Below, one piece after another: positions 1 to 12,107 of a stretch of DNA of 64,000 bases (positions within the stretch are counted from its first letter, which is position 1; every line of letters begins with the position of its first letter). This DNA comes from Malacoraja senta (lineage: Eukaryota): assembly GCA_038087875.1 (NCBI GenBank), contig CM075988.1, positions 19,780,001 through 19,844,000 on the forward strand, given 5' to 3'. The translations under genes and the position numbers were made by a program. The notes below the pieces were generated by a model. The model searched no databases and had not been told where the DNA came from. It saw nothing but the letters and a program-made list of their open reading frames with translations.

Positions 1-3000
1 AATTCATTGCTGCAGAAGGCTGTGAAGGTCAAGTCAATTAATATTTTTACGGCGGAGATTGATATATTCTTGATTAGTGCAGGTTTCAGGGGTTATGGGG
101 AGAAGGCGGTAGAATGAGAAGGTGGTAGAATGGGATTGGACCCACTCACCGCGCTGCTGGGAGGAACATAGAACACTGCGGCACAGGAAGAGGCCCTTTG
201 GCCCACAATGTTTGTGTCCAACATAATCTCATCAACCTGAAGATGATCCATATCCCTCTATTCCCTGCACTTCCATGTGCCTATCTAAAAGCACCACTAT
301 CATATCTGCCTCCACCACCACCTCTGCCAATGCATTCCAGGCCCCCACTGTGCCCTGCACATCTCCGTTAAACTTTCCCCCTCTCACCTTAGTGCTTTCC
401 TGAGAAAATGATTAGTGTATTTATTTACAAGTTGGGGGTGTGTGACAGGGAGAGGAGACTGTGATTGGTGATGAGCCATGCACCAGTTCTTACAGGTGGG
501 AGCGTTGTTGGGATTCTGAGATTTTTTTTTAAAAAAGCAAAAAACAGAAATTGCCGAAGGAAAATCATTTAATACTCTATTGGTTTTTCTACCAAAGAGA
601 TTTCAAAGCCAGTAAAGTGAGTAATTGGTAACTGTCAGTGTGACTAATACGGGTCGTATATGTTACTTGTTTTAGTTTAAAGCAAGTCCCAAGTCAAAGC
701 TTTGGAGGAGACATCCAAGAGAAGAGAAAATAAGGTGGACAAGAAACCTTCTTCTGTAATATAGACTTAACTGCAAAAACCTTACAGAAATAGCATTTAT
801 TAGCCATGGACAGACAACAATTTAAAAAAAACATGTTCTGACATGCTCACACATAAACAGATTAGGATTTTCCATTATTGGTAGAAACAGAAAATTGGAT
901 TGAGGAAAAACCTCTACAAATTTAAGTTGATCTAATTTCAGCATTCATTCCTGCAGATGGGCTTGTTTTCTGGGTTGTGTGTGTTTTTTTGAGCAAGCAC
1001 ATATCTGTGAAATAAATGCATTCGGCAGCGTTGTGGTCCCTTGGGTTAATGTGGGAGAGTGGCTTTAGCACCAGCAGTGTGGGATATTCGATGTGGCTCA
1101 GCAGATGTGGTCTTGTCTGATTTCATTGCGTTTGTTGGAATGGACAATGTTCTCAGATTACAAAAGCTGGTCAACGGTTGAACCTTCCCTTTTAAGAATT
1201 GGTTTCCCCAAATGATATAAAAATGTATCAGGAGAGAAAGAGCCCAAACTTCACATTATTTTGTAGAAATACAGATCAAATCAAAAGGAGCAGACACCGA
1301 AAGATTAATTGGAATGCTGGGCATGACTGAAAATATTTGCCCCACTGCACACTGGTGATGGCTCGATTGTAATCATGCATTGTCTTTCCGCTGACTGGTT
1401 AGCACGCAACAAAAGCTTTTCACTGTACCTCGGTACACGTGACAATAAACTAAACTAAAAATATTTCCTTGTATAACAGCTCGGAGGTAAACCCTGGTTG
1501 TCCAGTTGTGAATCTCCACAATGATGCCTCTGGGCAGCAGGTAACAGTGACGTGAACTGTCCAGGGAGGGAAGGTCAAACAGCACTGGACTCTGTTCCAC
1601 CGGGCAGTGCTGAGCGGGTGCTGCACCATCAGACATGCCACCTGTAAGACCAAGGACCTACTGCTCTTTCAAGATGGTGTAAAATGACCTAGTGATCCAA
1701 TGGCATTTTCCAAAGTAGTCCTTGGTCTCAAAATCAACATTTATCCCTCAGGCTTTGACTGGAATTATCACCTTGCAACGTGTGGCAGCTTGCAGTGTGC
1801 AAAGTAGTCACCACATTTCCAACGTTACCAAGATGATGCATTTCATAGACTGATGGAGAATGTGCATCATTCGCTCAGAAGCCATTGTGATGAATGTCAC
1901 TTGCGGCTGGCTCGTGTGTGTCCAGTCAGAGCCAATAGTACGATTGTAGCCAATCTGATATATCATCTCAACAAACAAACGGGAAACTATAATTAGAGCA
2001 TTTGCATGTTTTTGTCCTTTAAATTTCATTCAGAATAAAAACGCCTGCCTGATCTGCAGGTCCTGAAATACATCCTGAATTATATGATACACGGTCCCTT
2101 CTGAGTAAATATTGATGCCACACACCCACCTTCCCACTCTGTGCCAACAAGACCCAACTCTCCATGAGACAACAGGTTGAGGTATTCTCTGCTTTCTCAT
2201 GATAGATCTCATGGCATAGTTTCAAATAACAGCAGGGAAAATCTCCAGGAGTGATAGTCATGGAATCACACTGCACGGAAACAAGCCCTTCAGCTCAACT
2301 CATTTGTACCATCCAAGATGCTCCATCTCAGCTAGTCCCATTTGCCCATGTTTGGCCCATATCCCTCTGAACCTCTCCTATCCATGGACCTGTCCAAGTG
2401 TCTTTTAAATGCTGTTTATAGTACAGTACCTTATATTACGATCTTTCCGCAGGGTCCAATATTTATTCCTGCATCAGCAGAACAGATGTTCAGGTCACCA
2501 TCATGTTAGTGATTGAGGGGCTATGCACACACTGTTTGCCAGGTTCCTGACAATACCAAACACTTAAAAAGTATTTCAAACACTGCCAAGGGCTTCCAGA
2601 GGTTGTTAGAGGGATGTTCGCCTTTCTTCTTTCTGTTGAAGTGAAACAATTGACAGGGTGCCTTCACTTTTTATCGTTTTAATGATGGTCTCTGTAAGAC
2701 TTTTGGATAGGCAGATATCCACCCAGAGATGGAAGGGAAAAGCTCCCTCTGAATAATCCAGGATTGACATATTTTCCGGCAGATTCTTTTCTGAAGATCT
2801 GTAGTGTAAATATCATAGCTACATGAGTTCAGAGTTTTCTGAGATTGCTTTGATAATGCCATCTGCATACACGGGCTGACAGATATCACTTTAATACATC
2901 CTCTACCTGAAGCTCGTCAAAAGCACTAATTATCTGGTCTTTCGTTACACAATCAAAAAAAGCTTTTTATCTAAAAGGCAAAGTGGTGGCATTGCAAGCA

Positions 3001-3276
3001 AGTAATCTCGCATATCTATTGCAAATTGGAAGGACTGCAAAGTATGTAAATTTGTATAGAAAGCTTAGAAAACTCAGAAACAATTGTATGCCTGTATGTG
3101 TGAGTGTGTGCATGTTAGTGTGCGTGTGCATGTATACTTGTCTAGAGGATGGAATGTACTGGTATTTATGAGTGTGCATTTATTTACACTTGTATATATG
3201 TACACCTATGTGTGCACTTGTTTATAGTATGCAGAGTATGTATATACACTTTTCTGTGTGTCTGCATTATTATGTT

Positions 3277-3532
3277 GGTTTAGGTTTAGAGGTTTAAAGA
3301 TACACCACGGAAACAGGCCCTTCGGCACACAGAGAGCGTACCCGACCAGCGATCCCCGCACATTAACACTACCCTACACTAGGGACAATTTTTACATTTA
3401 TACTAAGCCAACTAACCTTCAAACCTGTACGTCTTTGGAGTGTGGGAGGAAACCGAAGTTCTCGGAGAAACCCCACACGGTCACGGGAAGAACGTACAAA
3501 CTCTGTACCTGGAGGCAGGATCGAACCTGGGT
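3277..3532 (-). mobile_element. HE1/V-type tRNA SINE (5'-truncated)
   Basis: V-domain-like GTGTGGGAGGAAACC..GAGAAA.CCCAC block; CR1-like 3' tail. Confidence 0.85.
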
Positions 3533-3539
3533 CTAGAAG

Positions 3540-4490
3540 TCCAGAAAAAATGCCTTTCACTGAGATTTCACTCTGATTTTGTTTTAAGAGTCCCTTCAGC
3601 CCATCATGCCTGTACTAGCCCAGGAGGAGTCCCTTCGGCCCATCAGTAAGTATTCCCCCTGCAAGTATTAAACCTCAACCCAGTATTTTTCTCCCTCCCT
3701 TCATTCGCTCCCTGTGAGATCCAGGCCAGGATAGACTTTCCTCCTTCATTGCTGTGATCTGCAGAAATAGATGAAAAATGTCTAAAATTAATTCTCCACC
3801 CTCTCCCCTTTCTCTCTCACAGAGTCTCTCACCTGTTTTGGACAGAATTTCTGGCAGTTTCTGAGCTGCCAGCCCACCAGCCCTGAGTGACTGAGCTGCC
3901 AGCTCACCAGGCCTGAGTGACTGAGCTGCCAGCCCACCAGGCCTGAGTGACTGAACTGCCAGCCCACCAGGCCTGAGTGACTGAACTGCCAGCCCACCAG
4001 GCCTGAGTGACTGAGCTGCCAGCCCACCAGGCCTGAGTGACTGAGCTGCCAGCCCACCAGGCCTGAGTAACTGAGCTGCCAGCCCACCAGGCCTGAGTGA
4101 CTGAGCTGCCAGCCCACCTGGCCTGAGTGACTGAGCTGCCAGCCCACCAGGCCTGAGTGACTGAGCTGCCAGCCCACCAGGCCTGAGTGACTGAGCTGCC
4201 AGCCCAACAGGCCTGAGTGACTGAGTTGCCAGCCCACCAGGCCTGAGTGACTGAGCTGCCAGCCCACCAGACCTGAGTGACTGAGCTGCCAGCCCAAGAA
4301 TCCATTCATCCCACGTCCATACTAGCCCTCTGGAAATGTCCCTTCGGCCCACAACACCCATACTAGCACTCCAGAAATCCTCCCCTCCCATTGGCCACCA
4401 ATATTGGAATTGGTGGAGAGGTGGAATATTGCATTGGGGGACCAGCCCTCCCGTGTGAACATGGGACGCAATGGGTCCCACTTACTCTAG
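3540..4490 (+). mobile_element. Putative Helitron/Helentron-type non-autonomous element (3' end defined, 5' end not)
   Basis: Subterminal hairpin TGGGAC-gcaatgg-GTCCCA (4462-4480), then CTAG (4487-4490) followed by T. Contains the minisatellite. Confidence 0.5.
3861..4296. repeat. 30-bp minisatellite, ~14.5 copies
   Basis: Unit CTGAGCTGCCAGCCCACCAGGCCTGAGTGA with few substitutions. Confidence 0.98.
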
Positions 4491-4547
4491 TATATATATA
4501 TATATGTGTGTGTGTATATATATGTTTGTGTGCGTGAGTATGTATGC

Positions 4548-4550
<3 letters not shown>

Positions 4551-4628
<78 letters not shown>
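4551..4628. repeat. (GT)n microsatellite
   Basis: About 39 perfect GT units preceded by a TA/TG-rich tract. Confidence 0.98.
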
Positions 4629-4631
<3 letters not shown>

Positions 4632-5489
4632 CCCACATGGGCAAACTAAATAAAGTTTGATTTACGTACTTGTTCGACATGAGTCAATGCAAACTCACTT
4701 GGGAGCAATTTGATCTGCCTCTGCTATATCATCTCCAGCACGACTAAATTTCAATATTCCTGGCACAGATTCAAAGAGAAAAAAACCGAGATCCACAAAT
4801 TATAGACCCGCATTGCAAAACTGTTGAATTTAAAATTGAAACTACATGGAAACTATCAATATTTATACACGGAGAGAATGTGTCACACCTGATTATTAAG
4901 CAGCTTGAGTGGCATCTGGATATAAACCAGTAATACTTGTTACGACACATTTGTTGTGCCTTAATAGACCCTTTAAGCACCAGGAGTACCTGTCTGCATA
5001 AAAATCACGATCACTGAGGCAGCAATGTTTTATCTCAGATCCTCTCTAGTTCATTGAAGTGCCAATACGTGGAATTCTCGTGTCTTTTAGCAAACCCCGG
5101 AAAACCTGAGAGCTTCAGACGTGATCTCTTTGTGGGAATCTCAGCCGACACAGAGTGACGCTCCACAAAACATGCATCACCCTGGCTTCCTCCAACAGGT
5201 CAAACCACAGATACTGGCCCTTTGTCAGACCCACCAATTAGAACACGGAAAGCACGGGTTCAACTGCACATCACTATGGTAACCTTTTTGGGGCAGGACC
5301 AGAACAAATTTGTGCCAGTAGCCATTAAGAATCACTTCACTTCCCAATTAGTTATTGCTGATGCAGGAGCACTTACACTGAAGACAATTAACTTCCCAAC
5401 CACTTAAAGAGGTTTTTAGAGCCGGGGCAAGGGAACCTTCAACTCATCCTTCCATGACCTTGGTCAAAATTAAGGAATGTCCATTGCAA

Positions 5490-6400
5490 GGCACCTTGTA
5501 CATGGACAATGTCATTGTCTGGCTTGGATCCAGGTCGGTCTGCAGCCTGGTCAGTATCTGCGACCAGTTTGTGTTGGCATCAGGAGTTAGAGCCAACCAC
5601 AGGAAGAGCCAGGCCTTGCTCTTCAGCAATTAGACAGACCAGTCTGATGGTCTGCAGGTGCTAGGGATCTGGCTGGGAGGGGTAGAGGCATGTGACAGTA
5701 ATGAACTGGAGCGATGGCCAAGGTTAACCTAAAGCTGAGCCTGGTGGAGCGGCGCTCCCTCTTGATGGTAGGCAAGAACCCGGTCATCAAGTGCGAGATG
5801 TACTTGGTGTTGCTGTACTGGTGCAGGTGTGGCCCAAACCTCACTCCTTGCGGCATCACCTCAAATCCATCTTCTGTTTAGTTTAGTTTAGTTTAGAGAT
5901 ATAACATGGAAACAGGCCCTTTGCCCCATCAAGTCCATGCCCACCAGCAATTACCCGTACACTAGTTCTATCCTCACGCTTGGGACAATTTACAGAAGCC
6001 AATTAACCTACAAACTGGCACATCTTTGGAATGTGGGAGGAAACCAGAGCACCTGGAGAAAACCCATGCAGTCACACCTAGAATAGACAAATTCCGTACA
6101 GACAGCACCCACAGTTAGGATCAAACCTGGGTCTCTGCAATTGTAAGGCAGCAACTCAACTGCTACGGCACTGTGCCACCCCTCATGCTGCTTCATCTGT
6201 TGATCCAGGATAGGGTGCGGGCAACAGGCCACAATGAACAAGTCCCTAATGTCAAATGAAAAAGTGTACCCAACATTGCCCTCATCGTGTTGGCCACCTG
6301 TGTGTGTGGCCACATCAAGGTATCTGAAAAAACCAAAGTACGTAAACACCAGTGTCACTACCTGCTGTTGTGGAGGACGGGTCGAGTCTCATTGCTGCAC
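5490..6400 (+). mobile_element. Degraded L1/Tx1-clade LINE ORF2 relic, interrupted by a SINE
   Basis: Translation gives LYMDNV...CDQFVLASGVRANHRKS, VLGIW, RSLLMVGKNPVIKCE and VPNIALIVLATCVCG, with stops and frameshifts. Confidence 0.75.
5876..6180 (-). mobile_element. HE1/V-type tRNA SINE
   Basis: (GTTTA)n tail, V-domain block, pol III A/B boxes on the minus strand. Confidence 0.88.
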
Positions 6401-6419
6401 AATGTCTAATTCATCTTCA

Positions 6420-6810
6420 AATGCTGGAATCTCGAGCAAAACACAAAGCACAAAGTGCTGAAGGAACTTGGAGGGTCAGGCAACATCCGTGGAGGGAAAT
6501 GGACAGACAATGTTTTGGGTCAGGTTCCCTCTTCAGTAGGGGGGAGAGAGCTGGAGAAGAGATGTGGGGGCAGGCAAAGCCTGGCAAGTGACAGGTGGAT
6601 ACACGTGAGGAGGGGCCTGATTTACAGATGGATGGAGTAAGGGACAAAGGCGAGCGGTGAAAAGGAGACAAAAGGGTGTCAGATACGAAGTAAAGAGGAG
6701 GAGTGAAATGTAAAGCCGGACAGAACTCGACAGACAAAGTTTTGGGTTGGGACTGATTGGAGTAGGGGGGAAACAGCTGGAAAAGAGAGGTGGGCACAGC
6801 CCTAAAAGTG
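6420..6810 (-). mobile_element. Penelope-like 3' region/pseudo-LTR fragment
   Basis: Same module as the other pLTR copies; upstream part homologous to 38540-38612 plus 39223-39440. Confidence 0.7.
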
Positions 6811-7566
6811 AACGGTATCCCAGTGCACAGGAAGGAAGATTTCTGAGAAGCCAGTTGCGAGAGGGCAGGTGTAGCACAGTAGCCTGGTGTTGGCTCACGG
6901 GCAGTGGCTAGCAGGTTATGTTCCCAGACTTGTTGTTCAAAGACATGGAGCAATTTTAAGGCAACAGGAAGCAGAATGAATCTCACAAATAACAGTGAAT
7001 ATTTGTCAGACAGGTGAATAGATTCTGATGAGATACACTTCAGACTAATTTTCTCCTCACAATAAAACATGTCCATTTGCGTTTGATTCTTCGATATTGT
7101 CAAAACTTTCACGTTCATATCTGTGCAATGACCTTTCTTACAAAATCCTTTTATTGCCTCCACCTCAAAATAATAAAGGAGCCTTTCTTTACATCTTTCT
7201 TTATCAGGAAAATACATAAAGAAAGTGCCTTTGGGTTAGTCAGGAGTTGCAACAGACATGTGCAATAATCTGCTCTCTGCAGACCATTCACACACAGATA
7301 CTAATCCTACACCAGCCTGTCCTGGCCTGAAGAATCTGTCTGCATATCTGAGGGAAGGAAATAATTATTCTGCAGCCTTCGGCCAAGTGGCAAAGTTTCA
7401 AGTGCACCAGACCTGAAGTTCATTGCAACCGTGCCAAAATCATACCTACATTATCATGGAGATATTTACAGCCACAAACGAGATTAAATATAAAACAGCT
7501 AATGAATAAACTCCTGCCTCCTTACCATTTGTATTCTCTGCAACAAAATAGGAACAAATCACATTA

Positions 7567-8076
7567 AGGGGCTGTCCCACTTGGGCGACCAAATTGCAGA
7601 GTTTAGAAGAGTTTAGGAGAGTTTGAAAAAATGTCATGTTGAAGACCTCCTTCGACTATGTTGATGACTAGGTTCGACTAGCTACGACTAACTTTGGGAA
7701 AATTGGACACCGAATAGTGGAGAGTGAAGACGACCTCCTTCGATCCCCCTTCGACTATGATGAAGACTATCTACGACTACCCTCGACTACCCTCGATTAC
7801 CTACAACTAACATGCCGACCTACTACGACTAAACCTACGAGTAAAAAAAGTATAGATTTTTTCCATGGCGACCTTTTTTTATTCGCGGGCATTTTTCAAC
7901 ATGTTGAAAAATACGCCGCAACCTAGCTGAGGCCTCGAGTACGCGGAGACCACTCTTGAGCATGAAGGAGAGTTACAAAGACCTCCCAGGACCTCGTATC
8001 GACCATGGTGCGAGTATGAGTCACGGGCAAACTCGCCAGAACTCCCGGATTAGGTCGCCCAAGTGGGACAGGCCCT
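7567..8076. mobile_element. Non-autonomous TIR element, PIF/Harbinger-like
   Basis: 24-bp TIR AGGG(G/C)CTGTCCCACTTGGGCGACC flanked by TTA/TTG. CpG-rich interior with CGACTA repeats. Termini resemble the 38616 element. Confidence 0.8.
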
Positions 8077-10154
8077 TTGGGAGAAGGGTGCTGAGCCGAA
8101 TCGTCGTCGGTCCTTTTTCCTCCACAGACGTTGTTTCATCCACATATTTGCTACAGGTGCCTGTGCAGAGCAGTCACGTTCAGTTATGGGTTCTGCCCCC
8201 AAAGGCCAATTTGGGTAGTACATTCATCGTGTCCATGGGCAATATTCTGTCAAAGATCTCCTAGTGTGGGCTGTTCAGGCAAGTGTCCGGTCCCGGGACA
8301 CAATCGCAGGCAATTGTAGCCCGAGTAGGCTATCGCAGATCTTGCTGCCAGGTATGGCAGCTCAGGGCAGTCACCAGCCCCAGAGCAGGTGTGGCTCAAC
8401 TGGCAATATATCTTATTTAGAGTCTTCAAATTTCTGATATCCTTCCTCTCCCTCTCCTGCTTGTGGATCAGGGTGATGGTGTTCTGCCTCCCAGGTACTG
8501 ACTTGCTGCCAACTACATGCCATGTCTGCGTCTGTCAATCCCCACACAGTCATGTACAACTACACTCACCAGTCATTGCTTCTAGTCAGCTTGTCCAGAG
8601 TTGATGGGAGACCTAGAGTCCCCCACATACTTGCTATCTCTTGCTGTCTTGGAGGTTAGCAAGTGATAACAAAATATTCTGGACTGCTTTTCTGCATTGT
8701 ATTAGAATGACCCAAAGATGAGGGACTTTAGTTGCAGACACAAGGAACTGCAGATCCTGACATCTTGAGCAAAATGCAAAAGTGTTGGAGGAACTCAGCA
8801 GGTCAGGTAGCATCTGGAAGGAATGGACAGGCATAATTTCAGGTTGGGACCCTTCTTCAGACATGGATGCACAGTTACTTACACAAATAGCTTAAAGAGG
8901 GGCAATGGAGGTTAGGACAGGATCTGATGGAAGGGTTTAAAATCATGGAGAATGTTGATAGAAAGCAGACAGAGGGAAACTGCTCCACTTAGAATAAGGA
9001 TCAAAAGCAGAGGACACAGATTGAAGGTGAGAACAAGACAGGTAAGAGGAGAATCAGGAGGTGAGGGTCTCCTAGCGGGAGTTATGATGCCAGAAACAAT
9101 CTTGGAATTCAACAGGGGAACTTGCATTCTTGATATATGAAAGGAAATAAATGGCAGGCTGTGAAAGGAGAGGGGAAGGCCCCAGGTACATTGTCCTTGC
9201 AGAGAGCTGGCATGGATTCAATGGACAGAATGGCCTCCGTTGGTACTCTAACCTTTCTGTGTGAAGGAGGGAGAGTGCTGGAGCCAGTTCACTCTTACGA
9301 CAGGGGAAAGCAGTGTTCTTCTGCAACTTAGTGCATTGGCAAAATTCTATAATTTCTGGTGAAGGAAGGGTAGAAAAATTGAATGGACCTTGAGATGAAA
9401 GTCCATACCATTGAGTGTCCTCAGCAATAATCTGGCGTGAGGCCATCTGTGCAAAAGCTTCCGTTCTTAACACTGAGACAGAACCCTGCTGATCTGGAGG
9501 ACAATGCAAGGTTGATAAAAGAGGCATGGATAAAAGATATTTCAACACATGAACTTTAATAAGATGAAACTCAGTCAAATGGAGAAAAACAATTTGCTGG
9601 GATTATCAGCACATAATGGTGGAATTGTGAAAACCATATTACTGTTACTTTAAGGCTTATACGTTGAAAGGAAAGATTCATGACCGAATGGTTTACACAT
9701 TCATTCCCTTTAAATTATGATCATAACCTTCCAGCGTTCCTCAGTACGCACTACAAGCAGGCACAGCAGTCACTGCTGTATTAATGCTCATTGGACTGAA
9801 AAGCTCCCTTTGGTGATGAAAAATAAATTACTGCAGGGACTCAGCGGGTCAGGAAGTATCCGTGGAGGAAATGGACGGACGATGTTTTGTCTGACGAAGG
9901 GCCCCACACGAAAAGCCATCTATCCATATTCCCCAGGGATGCTGCCTTACTCGTTGAGTTACCCCAGCATTTTGTGTCATAACATAGGAAGACAAGAAAT
10001 AGAAACCGAAGTAGGTCTTTCAACCTTTGTTCTGTTCCACCATTTTAATAAGATAATTGCTGATCGTTTATCCTAATGTCACGCTCCTACAATATCCCTA
10101 CATCCCTTAATTTGTATGGTAGAGAGCAAGCTGACTAGTTGCATCATGACCCCT

Positions 10155-10860
10155 AGTGAGACCACACCTGGACTATTGTGTGCAGTTTTGGTCCCTTAAT
10201 TTGAGGAAGGACATTCTTGCTATTGAGGGAGTGCAGCGTAGGTTTACAAGGTTAATTCCCGGGATAGCGGGACTGTCATATGCTGAGAGAATGGAGCGGC
10301 TGGACTTGTACACTCTGGAGTTTAGAAGGATGAGAGGGGATCTCATTGAAACATATAAGATTGTTAAGGTACACAAAAATGCTGGAGAAACTCAGCGGGT
10401 GCAGCAGCATCTATGGATCGAAGGAAATAGGCAACGTTTCGGGCCGAAACCCTTCTTCAGACTTATTTATGCCGCATCCTGTTAATGTAGTTTCAAATCA
10501 CTTTGGTTTGTTAAGGGCTTGGACACACTAGAGGCAGGAAACATGTTCCCGATGTTGGGGGAGTCCAGAACCAGGGGCCACAGTTTAAGAATAAGGAGTA
10601 AGCCATTTAGAACGGAGACGAGGAAACACTTTTTCTCACAGAGAGTGGTGAGTCTGTGGAATTCTCTGCCTCAGAGGGCGGTGGAGGCAGGTTCTCTGGA
10701 TGCTTTCAAGAGAGAGCTAGATAGGGCTCTTAAAAATAGCGGTCAGGGGATATGGGGAGAAGGCAGGAACGGGGTACTGATTGAGGATGATCAGCCATGG
10801 CGGTGCTGACACGAAGGGCCAAATGGCCTACTCCTGCACCTATTGTCTATTGTCTATTAA
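10155..10860 (+). mobile_element. CR1 LINE 3' fragment (relatively young)
   Basis: RPHLDYCVQFWS...VQRRFTRLIPG...RRMRGDLIETYKI...RTRGHSL...FFSQRVVSLWNSLP; (CTATTGT)n tail. Confidence 0.92.
10370..10507 (-). mobile_element. Penelope pLTR fragment with hammerhead core, inserted in a CR1, plus 45-bp filler
   Basis: TSD TTGTTAAGG (10361-10369, 10508-10516). Minus strand reads CTGAAGA-A-GGGT-TTCG-GCCC-GAAA-CGTT. Confidence 0.8.
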
Positions 10861-11356
10861 CCTGGTTCGGCAGTTCGAAACAAAGGACCCTGCAGAAAGT
10901 AGTAGACATTGCACACTGTCAAGATACTGTCTTCCTTGCCTTCAAAGAGATCTATAGGATCTACAAGAGGCGCTGCCTCAAAAAGGCAGCCAGTATGTCC
11001 TTTTATTCTGACTCGCTCAGTTACTGATGCACTTATGTATTTTTTTATAAACCAACATCTGCAGTTCCTGGTTTCTTTGTTTCCTCATATTATACCTCCC
11101 TTTTCCAAAGTAATGCTTTGGTCCTCCTGCTGAAAGATGATTTTTATTTCCCATTTCACAAGCTCACTGTTTTCTTTGGCAACATTATATTGTTTGCTGA
11201 TCTAATATTGTCATTAACCTCTCTTGTTTGTTTCAGTTTGGATCACTTTTTCCATTGATTATTCTGGCATAATATTACGTATTAGATCTTTACAATGTTA
11301 GCTATTGCTTATTTATGCCGCATCTTGTTAATGTCGTTTCAAATCACTTTGGATAA

Positions 11357-11872
11357 AGTCATAGCGTCATACAGCAAGGAAACAGGCCCTTTGGCCCAAC
11401 CCATCCATGCTGTGCCAGATGCCACATTTAAACTAGTCCCACATTTGGCCCATATCCTTCCAAACCTTTCCTATCCATGTACCTGTCCAAGTGGCTTTTG
11501 AATGTTGTCATGTAACATGCCTCAATCCCACTTCCTCTGACAGATCGTTCCATATATCCATCACCTTCTGTGTGAAAATGTTGCCCCTCAGGTTTCTATT
11601 AACTTTTTTCCCTCCCACCTTACATCTGTGTCCTCTAGTTCTTGATTCTCCTACCCTGGGAAAAAGACTCTGTGCATTCATCCTCATGATTTTATAGACC
11701 TCTATATGATCACCCCTCAGCTTCCTGCATTCCAGGAAATAAAGTCCTTGCCTGCCCAAACTCTCCCAAAAACTCAGGCCCTCGAGTCCCAGCAACATCC
11801 TCATAAATCATCCCAGCTTAATGATATCTTTCCTATAGCATGGTGACCAAAAGTGAACACAATACTCCAAGT
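11357..11872 (-). mobile_element. CR1 LINE 3' fragment
   Basis: LRGDHIEVYKIM...ESRTRGH...FTQKV..IWN; GGGCCTGTTTCC 3' stem. Confidence 0.88.
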
Positions 11873-12107
11873 ATTTTGATCTTTTTGATCTTAGCATGTT
11901 ATAATTTTACTTCGGAGTCACGCGAGTGACTACGTGAAGAACCCCGCCAGGACGCATGCGTGTCATATCGCTACACGCATTGCGAAACAGTCACGCGGGT
12001 GGAACGACGTTCCCCCTCAGCGGCAAAGTTAAGAGCCGGGAACTGCAGGTAAGAGATACTCTGCGTTCTTTTTGTTCTCTACATACTGTGTTACAGGTGT
12101 GGAGTCA

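Noticed and set aside
3861..4296. CRISPR-like array
   Set aside because: Head-to-tail repeats with no unique spacers, in eukaryotic DNA.
3675..4481. 268/173/133-aa repetitive ORFs on the minus strand
   Set aside because: By-products of a 30-bp tandem repeat that has no stop codons on that strand; no domain or splice support.
6417..7217. 266-aa minus-strand ORF
   Set aside because: Runs across a Penelope fragment and unique DNA with no recognisable motif; likely chance.
8080..8620. Possible gag zinc-knuckle or LINE relic
   Set aside because: Cys/His spacing could not be reconstructed convincingly by eye.
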